Shown here piece after piece: positions 27,683 through 38,828 of a DNA stretch of 64,000 bases. Origin of the DNA: Mycobacteriales bacterium (GTDB lineage Bacteria > Actinomycetota > Actinomycetes > Mycobacteriales > SCTD01); assembly GCA_040902655.1 (NCBI GenBank), contig JBBDWV010000058.1, forward strand, positions 1,013-65,012, in the 5' to 3' direction. The notes beneath the pieces were generated by a model. It saw nothing but the letters and a program-made list of their open reading frames with translations, was not told where the DNA came from and did not search any database. Position numbers and translations under genes: made by a program. How positions within the stretch are numbered: position 1 is the first letter of the stretch; the number at the start of each line of letters is the position of its first letter.

Positions 27683-28473
27683 CCCGCCTGCCCGTAGGCG
27701 TTGTAGGCCGCGACGTGCGCCCGACGCACGAGCCCGGCGAGCTCGCGCAGCGCCTGCTCGCGGGCGGCCGCCTCGCGGGTGTCGATCGCGGCGCCGTCGT
27801 CCGCATTGGCCAGCTCCAGCACCCCGGCCAGCTGCCGTGCCTGGACGAGCAGCTGTCGGGCCCGCTGGGGGTAGCCACCCGGCAGCTCGTCCTCGTCGAC
27901 ACCCTGCCGCGCCTGCCGGCGCAGGTCCTGCAGCGCCCCGGCGACCTCCGGCCGCCAGCGCGCGACGTCGAGATCACGCAGCACCCCGACACACTCGGCC
28001 ACCCCACGCCGCAGGTCGTGCTCCGCGTCGTGCAGGTACGGCCCGGGGTCGGGGCCCGGCACGACCACGTCGTACGCCGTCCAGGTCACGGTGGTGACGG
28101 TGCCGTCGAAGGCCGAGCCGTGCGACACCAGCGTCGGGACCAGGCCGGTCCCGGAGCCGTCGGGCCGCAGGGCGAGCACCCCCTCGCTGGCGGTCAGCGC
28201 GGCGGTGCTGAACGGCCCGGGACCAGGCAGGCCGAGCGCGTCACCGGGGGCGGGCAGCACCACGCGCAGCCGCACGACGCCGGCGGCGCGCAGTCGCGCG
28301 ACCGCCCGCTCGACGGTCAGGTCCTCGCCCGCCAGGCCGACCACGCGGTGGGCGTCGTCGAAGGCCGTGACGCGCCCGACCAGCTCGGGCAGACCGGCGT
28401 CGCCGGACAGCCAGGCGTTGCCCCAGGCGGCGAGCAGCGCGCTGCGCGGAGGGGCTCCCGCGACGGTGGACAC
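27679..28473 (-). CDS. Conserved actinobacterial hypothetical protein
   Basis: LAAWGNAWLSG...LPAPGDALGLPGP...LDVARW. Overlaps the serB start. Its own start is uncertain. Confidence 0.65.
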   Translation of the reverse strand: MSTVAGAPPRSALLAAWGNAWLSGDAGLPELVGRVTAFDDAHRVVGLAGEDLTVERAVARLRAAGVVRLRVVLPAPGDALGLPGPGPFSTAALTASEGVLALRPDGSGTGLVPTLVSHGSAFDGTVTTVTWTAYDVVVPGPDPGPYLHDAEHDLRRGVAECVGVLRDLDVARWRPEVAGALQDLRRQARQGVDEDELPGGYPQRARQLLVQARQLAGVLELANADDGAAIDTREAAAREQALRELAGLVRRAHVAAYNAYGQAG

Positions 28474-28560
28474 GGGCCGCGAGCCTAGCCGCGGACCCGC
28501 CGGGGGAACGGCGTCGTGTCGCTGCCACCCGCCGGCCCCGGCGCGGCCTAGCGTCACGGG

Positions 28561-29382
28561 ATGCGCAGCCGCCGGTACGACGCCTCGGCCCTGACCGTCC
28601 GCCCCGCACGGCGGGTGGTCCCGACGGTGGCCGCCGAGCCGGGGCTGGTCGTCGAGGAGGCCGGCACCGGCTTCTGCGGCGCCGTCGTCGGGATCGACAA
28701 GGAGCGCGTTTCGCTCGAGGACCGGCACGGCAGGGTGCGGGTCTTTCCGCTCGACCCGGCCGGGTTCCTGCTCGAGGGTGCCGCGGTGACCCTGACCCGG
28801 CCGGTGGCCGCCGCGCCGGCGACCGCCCGTCGTACCGCCTCCGGCTCGGTGGCCGTGCAGGAACTGACGGCGCAGGTCGCCAAGGCCAGCCGCATCTGGG
28901 TCGAGGGCACCCATGACGCCGAGCTGGTCGAGCGGGTCTGGGGGCACGACCTGCGGGTCGAGGGCGTCGTGGTCGAGCCGCTGGAGGGGGTCGACGACCT
29001 GCCCTCCCTCGTGCGCTCCTTCGGCCCCGGCCCGTCCCGGCGCCTCGGTGTGCTGGTCGACCACCTGGTCGCCGGCAGCAAGGAGAGCCGGATCGTGGCC
29101 CGCGTCACCTCGCCGCACGTCCTGGTCACCGGCCACCCCTACGTCGACGTGTGGCAGGCCGTGAAGCCCGCTGCGGTAGGCATCGCCCGCTGGCCCACGG
29201 TCCCCCGGGGCCAGCCGTGGAAGGAGGGCGTCTGCGCAGCCCTCGGCTGGGGGCAGCCGTGGCAGGGCTGGAAACGGGTGCTGGCCGCCGTCGACTCCTA
29301 CGCCGACCTCGAGGTGCCGATCCTGCGCTCGGTGGAGATGCTCATCGACTTCGTGACCGCCCCGTCGGCGACCGCCGACTAA
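28561..29382 (+). CDS. DUF3097-family protein (Toprim-like C-terminal part)
   Basis: RTASGSVAV, SRIWVEGTHDAELVERVWGHDLRVEGVVVE, GHPYVDVWQAVKP. Confidence 0.8.
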   Translation: MRSRRYDASALTVRPARRVVPTVAAEPGLVVEEAGTGFCGAVVGIDKERVSLEDRHGRVRVFPLDPAGFLLEGAAVTLTRPVAAAPATARRTASGSVAVQELTAQVAKASRIWVEGTHDAELVERVWGHDLRVEGVVVEPLEGVDDLPSLVRSFGPGPSRRLGVLVDHLVAGSKESRIVARVTSPHVLVTGHPYVDVWQAVKPAAVGIARWPTVPRGQPWKEGVCAALGWGQPWQGWKRVLAAVDSYADLEVPILRSVEMLIDFVTAPSATAD

Positions 29383-29424
29383 CCTGCCCACACATCCCTG
29401 CCCACACATCCCTGCCGCACACCG
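29383..29424. repeat. 14-nt tandem repeat (2 perfect copies, 1 degenerate)
   Basis: cctgcccacacatc x2 then cctgccgcacaccg. Confidence 0.8.
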
Positions 29425-29450
29425 CCTGGCCCGTCCCGACAGAGAGTTCC

Positions 29451-31181
29451 GTGACCGCACCCCTGACCTCGGCGGCCCCGTCCAGCCGGCCGCTGCGTGC
29501 CTGGCAGCGCGAGGCGCTGCAGGCCTACCGGGAGGCCGCTGCCACCGACTTCCTGGTCACCGCGACGCCGGGCTCCGGCAAGACGGCCTTCGCGCTGTCG
29601 TTGGCCGGCGAACTGCTCGGGACCCGGGTGGTCGACCGGGTCGTGGTGGTCTGCCCGACCGACCACCTGCGCACGCAGTGGGCCGAGGCGGCGCTCGCCT
29701 CCGGCATCGGCCTGGACCCGACGCTGCCCAACAACGTCGGGCCGGTCCGCCCCGACCTGCAGGGCTACGTCACGACCTACGCGCAGGTGGCCGCGCGGCC
29801 GGCCATCCACGAGGCCCGCACCCGGGCGAAGCGCACGCTCGTGGTGCTCGACGAGGTGCACCATGCCGGCGACGGGCTGTCCTGGGGCGAGGCCGTCGCG
29901 CACGCCTTCGACGGAGCCAAGCGGCGGATCTCGCTCACCGGCACCCCCTTTCGCACCCGGCCGGACGAGCGAATCCCCTTCGTCCGCTACGAGCCGGACG
30001 GCGAGGGCGGGCTGGCCAGCACCGCCGACTACGGCTACGGCTACCGCGAGGCGCTGCGCGACGGCGTGGTGCGGCCGGTCGTCTTCGCGGCCTACACCGG
30101 TGTCTCCCGCTGGCGCAACAGCGCGGGGGAGGTGATTTCGGCGTCTCTGACCGGCGAGTCCACGAAGTCGGTCGAGGCCACCGCCTGGCGCACCGCCTTG
30201 GACCCCGGTGGCGAGTGGGTGCCCCACGTCATCGCCGCGATGGACGAGCGCCTCACCCACCTGCGCGAGGCCGGAATGCCTGACGCCGCAGGGCTGGTGC
30301 TCGCCAGCGACCAGGACGACGCGCGCGCCTACGCCGCCATCGTCAAGCGGGTCACCGGCCACAGGCCCGCGCTGATCCTGTCCGACGACCCGAAGGCCTC
30401 ACGCCGGATCAGCGCCTTCGCCGAGGGCACCGACCGCTTCGCGGTGTGCGTACGCATGATCTCCGAGGGGGTCGACGTCCCCCGGGCGGCGTGCCTGGCC
30501 TGGATGACCTCCTACCGCACCCCGCTGTTCTTCGCCCAGGCCGTCGGGCGCGTGGTGCGTAGCCGGCGGCCGGGGGAGTCGGCGACGGTCTTCCTGCCGG
30601 CGGTGCGGCCGCTGCTCGCCCTGGCGGCGGAGCTGGAGAGCGAGCGCAACCACGTCCTGCCACCGCCGGCCGCCACCGGCGAGGAGCTGTACGACCCGCT
30701 GCCGCCGCCCGGGGAGCAGGACGAGACTCTGGTCGGCGGCTGGCAGGCGCTCGGTGCCGAGGCGGAGTTCGCGCACGTGCTGCACGGCGGGCGCGCCGTG
30801 GCGGCGTCGGTCCAGCTGAGCGGAGAGGACGAGGAGTTCCTCGGGCTGCCGGGGTTGCTGTCCGCGGAGCAGACGGCGGCCCTGCTCGCCAGGCGTGACA
30901 CCGAGCACCGCAAGCGCGCCTCGAGCACCCGGCTGGACGAGGCGCCGACCGGAGCCGAGCTCGACCAGGCCGACGTGGACGCCCGCTCGTGGCGGGCCGC
31001 GGGTGACCTGCGCCGTGAGATCAACACCCTGGTGGGTCAGCTCGCGGCGCGCAGCGGTGCACCGCACGGTGTGGTGCACGCACGGGTGCGCAAGGCGGTG
31101 CCCGGTCCGCCGTCCGCGGCGGCGCCCGTGGAGGTGCTGACGGCGCGACGGGACTGGCTGCTCGAGCAGACCGTGCGTTAG
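29451..31181 (+). CDS. Superfamily 2 DEAD/DEAH-box helicase (actinobacterial)
   Basis: ATPGSGKT, LDEVHH, LTGTPFR, MISEGVDVP, QAVGRVVR. Confidence 0.9.
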   Translation: MTAPLTSAAPSSRPLRAWQREALQAYREAAATDFLVTATPGSGKTAFALSLAGELLGTRVVDRVVVVCPTDHLRTQWAEAALASGIGLDPTLPNNVGPVRPDLQGYVTTYAQVAARPAIHEARTRAKRTLVVLDEVHHAGDGLSWGEAVAHAFDGAKRRISLTGTPFRTRPDERIPFVRYEPDGEGGLASTADYGYGYREALRDGVVRPVVFAAYTGVSRWRNSAGEVISASLTGESTKSVEATAWRTALDPGGEWVPHVIAAMDERLTHLREAGMPDAAGLVLASDQDDARAYAAIVKRVTGHRPALILSDDPKASRRISAFAEGTDRFAVCVRMISEGVDVPRAACLAWMTSYRTPLFFAQAVGRVVRSRRPGESATVFLPAVRPLLALAAELESERNHVLPPPAATGEELYDPLPPPGEQDETLVGGWQALGAEAEFAHVLHGGRAVAASVQLSGEDEEFLGLPGLLSAEQTAALLARRDTEHRKRASSTRLDEAPTGAELDQADVDARSWRAAGDLRREINTLVGQLAARSGAPHGVVHARVRKAVPGPPSAAAPVEVLTARRDWLLEQTVR

Positions 31182-31453
31182 GCGTCGGGGTCGCGTGCGA
31201 CGAGAAGGCCGATCTGGCTGAGCAGCTCGAGCGGCGAAAGGTCCTCCTGGGCGGCGGCCATCGGCAGCAGCAGCGCGCAGAGGTTGAGCAGGCCGTAGTA
31301 GCCCTGGGCCAGTGCACCGACGCCGTCCTCGTCGACCAACTGCTGCAGGTAGTGCCCCACCGAACGGGCCGACCCGGCGTCCATCTCGACGAGGAAGTCG
31401 GTGAGGGCGCCCACCGCGGCCGCGGTGGCGGCCCGACTCTCCGGCGTCGTCAC
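31178..31453 (-). CDS. Hypothetical protein (91 aa)
   Basis: Helical-looking ORF converging on the helicase with a 4-nt overlap. No family recognised. Confidence 0.5.
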   Translation of the reverse strand: MTTPESRAATAAAVGALTDFLVEMDAGSARSVGHYLQQLVDEDGVGALAQGYYGLLNLCALLLPMAAAQEDLSPLELLSQIGLLVARDPDA

Positions 31454-31459
31454 CGCGAC

Positions 31460-31672
31460 CTAGTGCACGTCGTCCATGATCTTGCCGATCACGCCGAGGA
31501 CCACACCGGCCAGGCCGAGCAGCGCACCGACCACGGCCAGCGGTACCGACTCCAGGACGAAGGCGAAGCCGAGCACGATGCTGGACGCGATGAGCAGCAG
31601 GACCGTGATCCAGGAGGTGAGCTTGTGCTTGTCGGCCGTGCCGGCCTGGGAGCTGTTGCCGAGGTCGGCCAT
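31460..31672 (-). CDS. Small two-TM membrane protein
   Basis: MADLGNSS...SWITVLLLIASSIVLGFAFVLESVPLAVVGALLGLAGVVLG. Confidence 0.7.
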   Translation of the reverse strand: MADLGNSSQAGTADKHKLTSWITVLLLIASSIVLGFAFVLESVPLAVVGALLGLAGVVLGVIGKIMDDVH

Positions 31673-31689
31673 GAGGATCCTCCGCGTAG

Positions 31690-33628
<1,939 letters not shown>

Positions 33629-33640
33629 CACAGTGGGCGG

Positions 33641-34087
33641 ATGAGACGCCTGCTGCTGCTGTCCATGACCCTCCTGCTCGCCGGCTGCGGAGGGAGTGAG
33701 AAGGACGCCTACGTCGAGCAGGCCTCCGCCGTCTGCGAGCGAGCGGCCGAGGAGACCGAGGCGCTGAAGCGACCTGCCGGGACCGATGAGTTCGCGCCGT
33801 ACGTCGAGCAGGTCGTGCAGATCGCCTCGCGGGCGCAGGCCGAGCTGGCGGCCTTGGAGCCGCCCGCGGACGACCGTGCCGAGCTCGAGGAGCGGGTGCT
33901 CCGACCGTTCGCGGAGGTGGTGGAGGAGGGCCAGGACTTCTCCGAGAAGGTGCAGGCGGCCGGCAACACCTCCAAGCTGCTGCCGCTGCTCAAGCAGGTG
34001 CCGGACGCCGGTGACGTCGACCTCGAGTACCTGCGGGACTACGGCCTCGACTCCTGCGCCGACGCCATCTCACGCTCGTCGTCATGA
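33641..34087 (+). CDS. Lipoprotein
   Basis: Lipobox LLLAGC (Cys16) after a basic/hydrophobic signal. Confidence 0.75.
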   Translation: MRRLLLLSMTLLLAGCGGSEKDAYVEQASAVCERAAEETEALKRPAGTDEFAPYVEQVVQIASRAQAELAALEPPADDRAELEERVLRPFAEVVEEGQDFSEKVQAAGNTSKLLPLLKQVPDAGDVDLEYLRDYGLDSCADAISRSSS

Positions 34088-34091
34088 CGGG

Positions 34092-35009
34092 TCACCGCCC
34101 CACCAGCATCGGCAGCAGCAGACCCAGCGGTGCCAGGCCCAGCACGACCGCGGTCGCGGCGAGGATCGCCAGCCGAAACCGCAGCCCGAGCGGCCCGGTC
34201 GGGTGCAACAGCCGCTGGGCCCGGACGAGGACGGCGCCGTGTCCGGCGCCCGCGACGCCGAGCGCGCCCGCGGGCACGGCGCCGGCACCGACCTTGTAGA
34301 GCGCCCGGGCCAGCACGTCGCGGGGGTGCCGCCGGACGGCCCGGTCGTCGGCCAGCATCTCGACCAGCAGGGCCACCTCGGCCTGGGCGGTGCGTACCCC
34401 CCGCAGGCCCGGAAAGGTGGCCCGTAGCGCGACGAACGGCAGGACGACGACGTCGTGCCGCTGCTCCACGTGGGCAGCCTCGTGCGCCAGGACCGCCCGC
34501 ACCTCGTCGTCGCGCAGCAGCGCCAGGACACCGCTGGAGAGCACCACGCGCGGCCGGAGTCCGGGCAGGCAGTACGCCACCGGCACCGTGTGCTCGAGGA
34601 CCCGGGTGTCGGCCAGCAGCGGGTTGCGGGTGGCGACCATGTCCACCAGGACGCGGTGGTGGCGGCGGGCTCGCAGGGTCCGGGCGGTGGAGGCGACCAG
34701 CACCGACAGCAGGCGCAGGAGCACGAGCGCACCCACCGCCAGCGCGACGTAGGACCACACCGGCAGCCCGGAGGCGGTGCCGGCAGCCAGGGCCCGGACG
34801 GCGTCCAGGTGCGTGGGTCCCGCAGGGGAGAGCGCGAGGGTGACCGCCACCTCGATCGCGAGCAGTCCGCCGGCCAGGCCGAGGGCCTGCCACAGCAGCA
34901 GGGCCAGTCCGGGGGAGCGGCCGGCCCAGGACGCCCGTGCCAGCCGCTCGGGGACGACGACGGCGAGCAGCAGGAGGCAGAGCGTCAGCACCGCTGCCGC
35001 GAAGAGCAC
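34092..35009 (-). CDS. M56-family (BlaR1-like) membrane peptidase
   Basis: TM segments, AYCLPG, HEAAH zinc motif, EMLADD. Directly downstream of a BlaI-like gene. Confidence 0.85.
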   Translation of the reverse strand: MLFAAAVLTLCLLLLAVVVPERLARASWAGRSPGLALLLWQALGLAGGLLAIEVAVTLALSPAGPTHLDAVRALAAGTASGLPVWSYVALAVGALVLLRLLSVLVASTARTLRARRHHRVLVDMVATRNPLLADTRVLEHTVPVAYCLPGLRPRVVLSSGVLALLRDDEVRAVLAHEAAHVEQRHDVVVLPFVALRATFPGLRGVRTAQAEVALLVEMLADDRAVRRHPRDVLARALYKVGAGAVPAGALGVAGAGHGAVLVRAQRLLHPTGPLGLRFRLAILAATAVVLGLAPLGLLLPMLVGR

Positions 35010-35365
35010 TAGCCGCGGCCCTCGAGGGCCCGGCGCAGCGCCTCGGCCTCGGCCGGGCTCACGGTGCGGACGAAGTGCTGCAGAGCGGCCTCGCGATCGT
35101 CGGCCTGCCCCAGCGCGGACTGCATCAGGACCGCGATGTGGTCCTCGCGGGTGGCGACCGCGGCGTAGATGTGCGCCCGGCCCCGCCGCTCACGGCGCAG
35201 CAGGCCCTTCGCCTCGAGCCGACCGAGGACGGTCAGCCAGGTCGTGTAGGCCAGACCGCGCTCCGCGAGCCGGTCCGCGACCTGCCGGGCGGTCGACGGT
35301 CCGGCCTCCCAGACCGCCTCCATCGCCGCGCGCTCGAGGTCTCCCGGACGTGTCATCGATGTCAT
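35009..35365 (-). CDS. BlaI/MecI/CopY-family transcriptional repressor
   Basis: GDLERAAMEAVW, LAYTTWLTVLGRLEAKGLLRRERRGRAHIY. Confidence 0.9.
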   Translation of the reverse strand: MTSMTRPGDLERAAMEAVWEAGPSTARQVADRLAERGLAYTTWLTVLGRLEAKGLLRRERRGRAHIYAAVATREDHIAVLMQSALGQADDREAALQHFVRTVSPAEAEALRRALEGRG

Positions 35366-35367
35366 AC

Positions 35368-35399
35368 TACGACCGGTCGAACTTCTACACCGCGTCGGA
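35368..35399. promoter_or_regulatory. Candidate BlaI operator (two imperfect TAC-type palindromes)
   Basis: TACGAC-CG-GTCGAA (35368-35381) and TACACCGCGTCGGA (35386-35399), immediately upstream of the BlaI start. Confidence 0.5.
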
Positions 35400-35434
35400 G
35401 ATGATGGGTGCACCCGCTCGCGAAGGAGATGCCC

Positions 35435-35734
35435 GTGCCCGACCTGCTCGGCACCGCGCGTCCACCCGGTGCACAGACCTGGCGCTGGGAGTGGCAGCTG
35501 GCCGCCCGCTGCCGCGGCCGCGACGACCTGTTCTTCCACCCACACGGCGAACGCGAGCCGATCCGGAGCGAACGAGAGGCAGCGGCCAAGTCCGTCTGCG
35601 CCGCCTGTCCGGTCAGGCGGGAGTGCCTCGAGCACGCGCTGACCAGCGTCGAGCCCTACGGCGTGTGGGGCGGGCTGTCCGAGGGCGAACGCGAGGAGCT
35701 GCTCTACGGGCCGCGGCCGGTCCGCAAGCGCTGA
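35435..35734 (+). CDS. WhiB-family Fe-S regulator (WhiB3/WhiD-like)
   Basis: WEWQLAARC, FFHP, AKSVCAACPVRREC, EPYGVWGGLSEGER. Start chosen from the AAGGAG spacing. Confidence 0.9.
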   Translation: MPDLLGTARPPGAQTWRWEWQLAARCRGRDDLFFHPHGEREPIRSEREAAAKSVCAACPVRRECLEHALTSVEPYGVWGGLSEGEREELLYGPRPVRKR

Positions 35735-35853
35735 GGCGCGGCCGTCCCGTCCCCGGTCGCCTCATCTCGGGCGGGCTCACGCCCGCTTCACCGCCGCGCA
35801 GGCAGGCTGTCGGCTCGTACGCAACAGTGGGGCAACCGACAGAGGGAGACGAC

Positions 35854-36906
35854 GTGGCGGCGACGCGCACTGCAGGGCAGCCGGTGACCGTGGCGGTCGC
35901 CGACGCGGGGGCGCTGCTGGAGCGGGCGCTGTTCGAGGTCAAGAAGGTCGTCGTCGGGCAGGACCGCATGGTCGAGCGGATGGCGGTGGCGCTGCTGTCC
36001 CGCGGCCACTGCCTGCTCGAGGGCGTCCCGGGAGTCGCGAAGAGCCTGGCCGTGGAGACGCTCGCCGTGGTCGTCGGTGGCTCGTCGGTACGGCTGCAGT
36101 TCACCCCGGACCTCGTTCCCAGCGACATCCTCGGGACCAGGATCTACCGCGCCTCGCGGGAATCCTTCGACGTCGAGCTCGGTCCGGTCTTCGCCAACCT
36201 GGTCCTGGCCGACGAGATCAACCGGGCGCCGGCCAAGGTGCAGTCGGCGCTGCTCGAGGTGATGGCCGAGCGGCAGGTCTCCATCGGCGGGGTGACTCAC
36301 CGGCTGCCGACGCCCTTCCTGGTGCTGGCGACCCAGAACCCGATCGAGTCCGAGGGCGTCTACCCGCTGCCCGAGGCACAGCGTGACCGCTTCCTCATGA
36401 AGGTGACGGTGGGGCACCCGTCGATGGCCGAGGAGATGGAGATCGTCCGGCGGATGGCGGTCTCGCCGCCGCGCGCCGAGCAGGTGCTCTCGCTCGACGA
36501 GCTGGTCGGCCTGCAGAGCGCCGTCGACGGCGTCTTCGTCCACCACGCCGTCGCCGAGTACGCCGTCCGGCTCGTGATGGCGACCCGTGAGCCGGAACTC
36601 TGGGGCCTGCCCGCGCTGCGGCCGATGCTCGCGCACGGGGCGTCGCCGCGCGGCAGCCTCGGGCTCGTGCAGGGTGCCAAGGCGCTGGCCGTCCTGCGCG
36701 GTCGCGACTACGTCCTGCCCGTCGACGTGGCCGACCTGGCCGTCGACGTGCTGTCCCACCGGCTGGTGCTGACGTATGAGGCACTGGCCGACGAGGTGCC
36801 CGCGACCCGGCTCGTGGAGCAGGTTCTGGAGGCGGTGGACCCGCCGCAGGTCGCGCCGTCCCAGCAGGCGTCGCAGCACTTCCGCTCCGGAGAAGGGGTG
36901 GCGTGA
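35854..36906 (+). CDS. moxR: MoxR-family AAA+ ATPase
   Basis: LLEGVPGVAKS, QFTPDLVPSD, ADEINRAPAKVQSALLEVM, EAQRDRF. Confidence 0.93.
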   Translation: MAATRTAGQPVTVAVADAGALLERALFEVKKVVVGQDRMVERMAVALLSRGHCLLEGVPGVAKSLAVETLAVVVGGSSVRLQFTPDLVPSDILGTRIYRASRESFDVELGPVFANLVLADEINRAPAKVQSALLEVMAERQVSIGGVTHRLPTPFLVLATQNPIESEGVYPLPEAQRDRFLMKVTVGHPSMAEEMEIVRRMAVSPPRAEQVLSLDELVGLQSAVDGVFVHHAVAEYAVRLVMATREPELWGLPALRPMLAHGASPRGSLGLVQGAKALAVLRGRDYVLPVDVADLAVDVLSHRLVLTYEALADEVPATRLVEQVLEAVDPPQVAPSQQASQHFRSGEGVA

Positions 36907-37850
36907 CGCCGCGCGCCGCACCAGCACTGCCACCGGCGCCGGTCGCCACCGGGAGCTCCGTCCGCCGGCTGTCGCTGCAGGTGGCCCGGCGACTGGACGG
37001 GCTGCTGCAGGGCGACCACCTGGGCTACCTGCCCGGTCCGGGCACCGAGCCGGCGGAGGCACGCAGCTATGTGCCGGGCGACGACGTGCGCCGGATCGAC
37101 TGGGCCGTCACCGCCCGGACCGGCGAGGCACACGTCCGTCAGGCCATTTCGGAGCGGGAGCTCGAGACGACGCTGGTGGTGGACCTGACCGCCTCGATGT
37201 CGTTCGGCACCGCCCGCACCGAGAAGCGTGAGGTGGCGGTGGCACTGGCCGCGGCCTTCGGTCACCTCGCCGGCGGCCCCGGCGACCGCCTCGGCGCCGT
37301 CGTGCTGTCCGACACCGTGCGGCGGGTGCCTGCGCGACCCGGCCGGCTGGCCTCGCTGGCGCTGCTGCACGTCCTGCAGACGACCCGTCCGGTCGACGGT
37401 GCCGGCCCCTCGCTGGCCGACGGGCTGCGGTCGGTGGCGGCACCGGCGCGGCGCCGCGGCCTGGTGGTCGTGGTGAGCGACCTGTTGGTGCCGGGGCCCG
37501 GCGGGCAGGAGCCCTCGTGGGGGCCGCCGCTGCGCGAGCTCGGCCGCCGGCACGACGTCGTGGTGGCCGAGGTGGTCGACCCACGCGAGCTCGAGCTCCC
37601 GTCCGTCGGCGTGCTGCGCCTGGTCGACCCGGAGACCGGCCGTTCGCTGGAGGTGCAGACCGCCAGCCGCCGGCTGCGCGAGCGCTACGCCGAGGCGACC
37701 GCCGCCCGCCGCGCCCGGCACGCCGCGACCGTCCGCCGCGCCGGGGCGGGGCACGTCGTGCTGCGCACGGACCGGGACTGGCTGGTCGCCCTGGCCGGCT
37801 ACCTGGCGGCGCGCCGCCGGACCCGGGCGGCGGGGCGACCGGCCCGATGA
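36903..37850 (+). CDS. DUF58-family protein
   Basis: EARSYVPGDDVRRIDWAVTART, VDLTASMSFG, VVVSD. Located between moxR and a VWA gene. Confidence 0.9.
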   Translation: MTPRAAPALPPAPVATGSSVRRLSLQVARRLDGLLQGDHLGYLPGPGTEPAEARSYVPGDDVRRIDWAVTARTGEAHVRQAISERELETTLVVDLTASMSFGTARTEKREVAVALAAAFGHLAGGPGDRLGAVVLSDTVRRVPARPGRLASLALLHVLQTTRPVDGAGPSLADGLRSVAAPARRRGLVVVVSDLLVPGPGGQEPSWGPPLRELGRRHDVVVAEVVDPRELELPSVGVLRLVDPETGRSLEVQTASRRLRERYAEATAARRARHAATVRRAGAGHVVLRTDRDWLVALAGYLAARRRTRAAGRPAR

Positions 37851-38794
37851 GCTTCCTTGCACCTCAGCGGCTCTGGCTGCTGCTCGCGATCCTCGCCCTG
37901 CTCGTCGCCTACGTCGTCCTGCAGCGGCGCCGCCCGACCTACGCCGTGCGCTTCACCGAGCTGGACCTGCTCGCCTCCCTGGTGCCGAGGAGTGCCGCCT
38001 GGCGGCGGCACGTCCCGGCCGGACTGCTGCTGCTGTCGCTGGTCGCGCTCACCACCGCCTTCGCGCGACCGCAGGCCGACGTGCAGGTGCCACGTGAACG
38101 GGCAACCGTCGTCGTCGCCCTGGACACCTCCATCTCGATGCAGGCCACGGACGTCGCACCGGACCGGCTGTCCGCTGCCCAGGCATCGGCGGTGTCCTTC
38201 GTCCAGGGCCTGCCGGACGCCTTCGACGTCGCGCTGGTGTCCTTCAGCGGAACGGCCAGCGTGGTCGTGCCGGCCACGCAGGACCACGAGCTGGTCGTGC
38301 GGGCCGTCCAGTCGCTCCGGCTCGGGCCGAGCACGGCGATCGGCGAAGCGGTCTTCACCTCCCTCCAGGCCGTCCGCGCCGTGCCGGGCGAGCCGGGCCA
38401 GGAGCCGCCACCGGCACGGATCGTCCTGCTCAGTGACGGCACCAACACCGTCGGCCGGGAGGTGGCGGACGCCGCGCGGGCCGCGCTGGAGGCCGGTGTG
38501 CCCGTCTCGACGATCGCGTACGGCACGCCGAACGGTGTCGTCCAGGTACAAGGTGAGCTGATTCCCGTGCCGGTCGACGTGCCGGCGCTTGCGCAGCTGG
38601 CCGCCGACACCGGCGGGTCCTCGTTCACCGCCGAGAGCGGCGAGGAGCTGAGCGCCGTCTACGACGACATCGGCAACCAGGTCGGCACGACGACCGAGCG
38701 GCGTGAGGTGACGGCCGCCGTGACCGGGCTGGCTCTGGCCCTCGGGCTCGGGGCCGCTGTCGCCTCCCTGGTCTGGGGCGCCCGACTGCCGTAG
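37847..38794 (+). CDS. Membrane VWA-domain protein
   Basis: DTSISM MIDAS motif, STAIGEA, LLSDG, N- and C-terminal TM helices. Confidence 0.9.
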   Translation: MSFLAPQRLWLLLAILALLVAYVVLQRRRPTYAVRFTELDLLASLVPRSAAWRRHVPAGLLLLSLVALTTAFARPQADVQVPRERATVVVALDTSISMQATDVAPDRLSAAQASAVSFVQGLPDAFDVALVSFSGTASVVVPATQDHELVVRAVQSLRLGPSTAIGEAVFTSLQAVRAVPGEPGQEPPPARIVLLSDGTNTVGREVADAARAALEAGVPVSTIAYGTPNGVVQVQGELIPVPVDVPALAQLAADTGGSSFTAESGEELSAVYDDIGNQVGTTTERREVTAAVTGLALALGLGAAVASLVWGARLP

Positions 38795-38828
38795 GGATGC
38801 GGGCCGCGTCGTCGGGCAGGATCGTCGG

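Noticed and set aside
35854-38794. MoxR-DUF58-VWA as a novel system
   Set aside because: This is a well-known, widespread chaperone-like module in canonical gene order.
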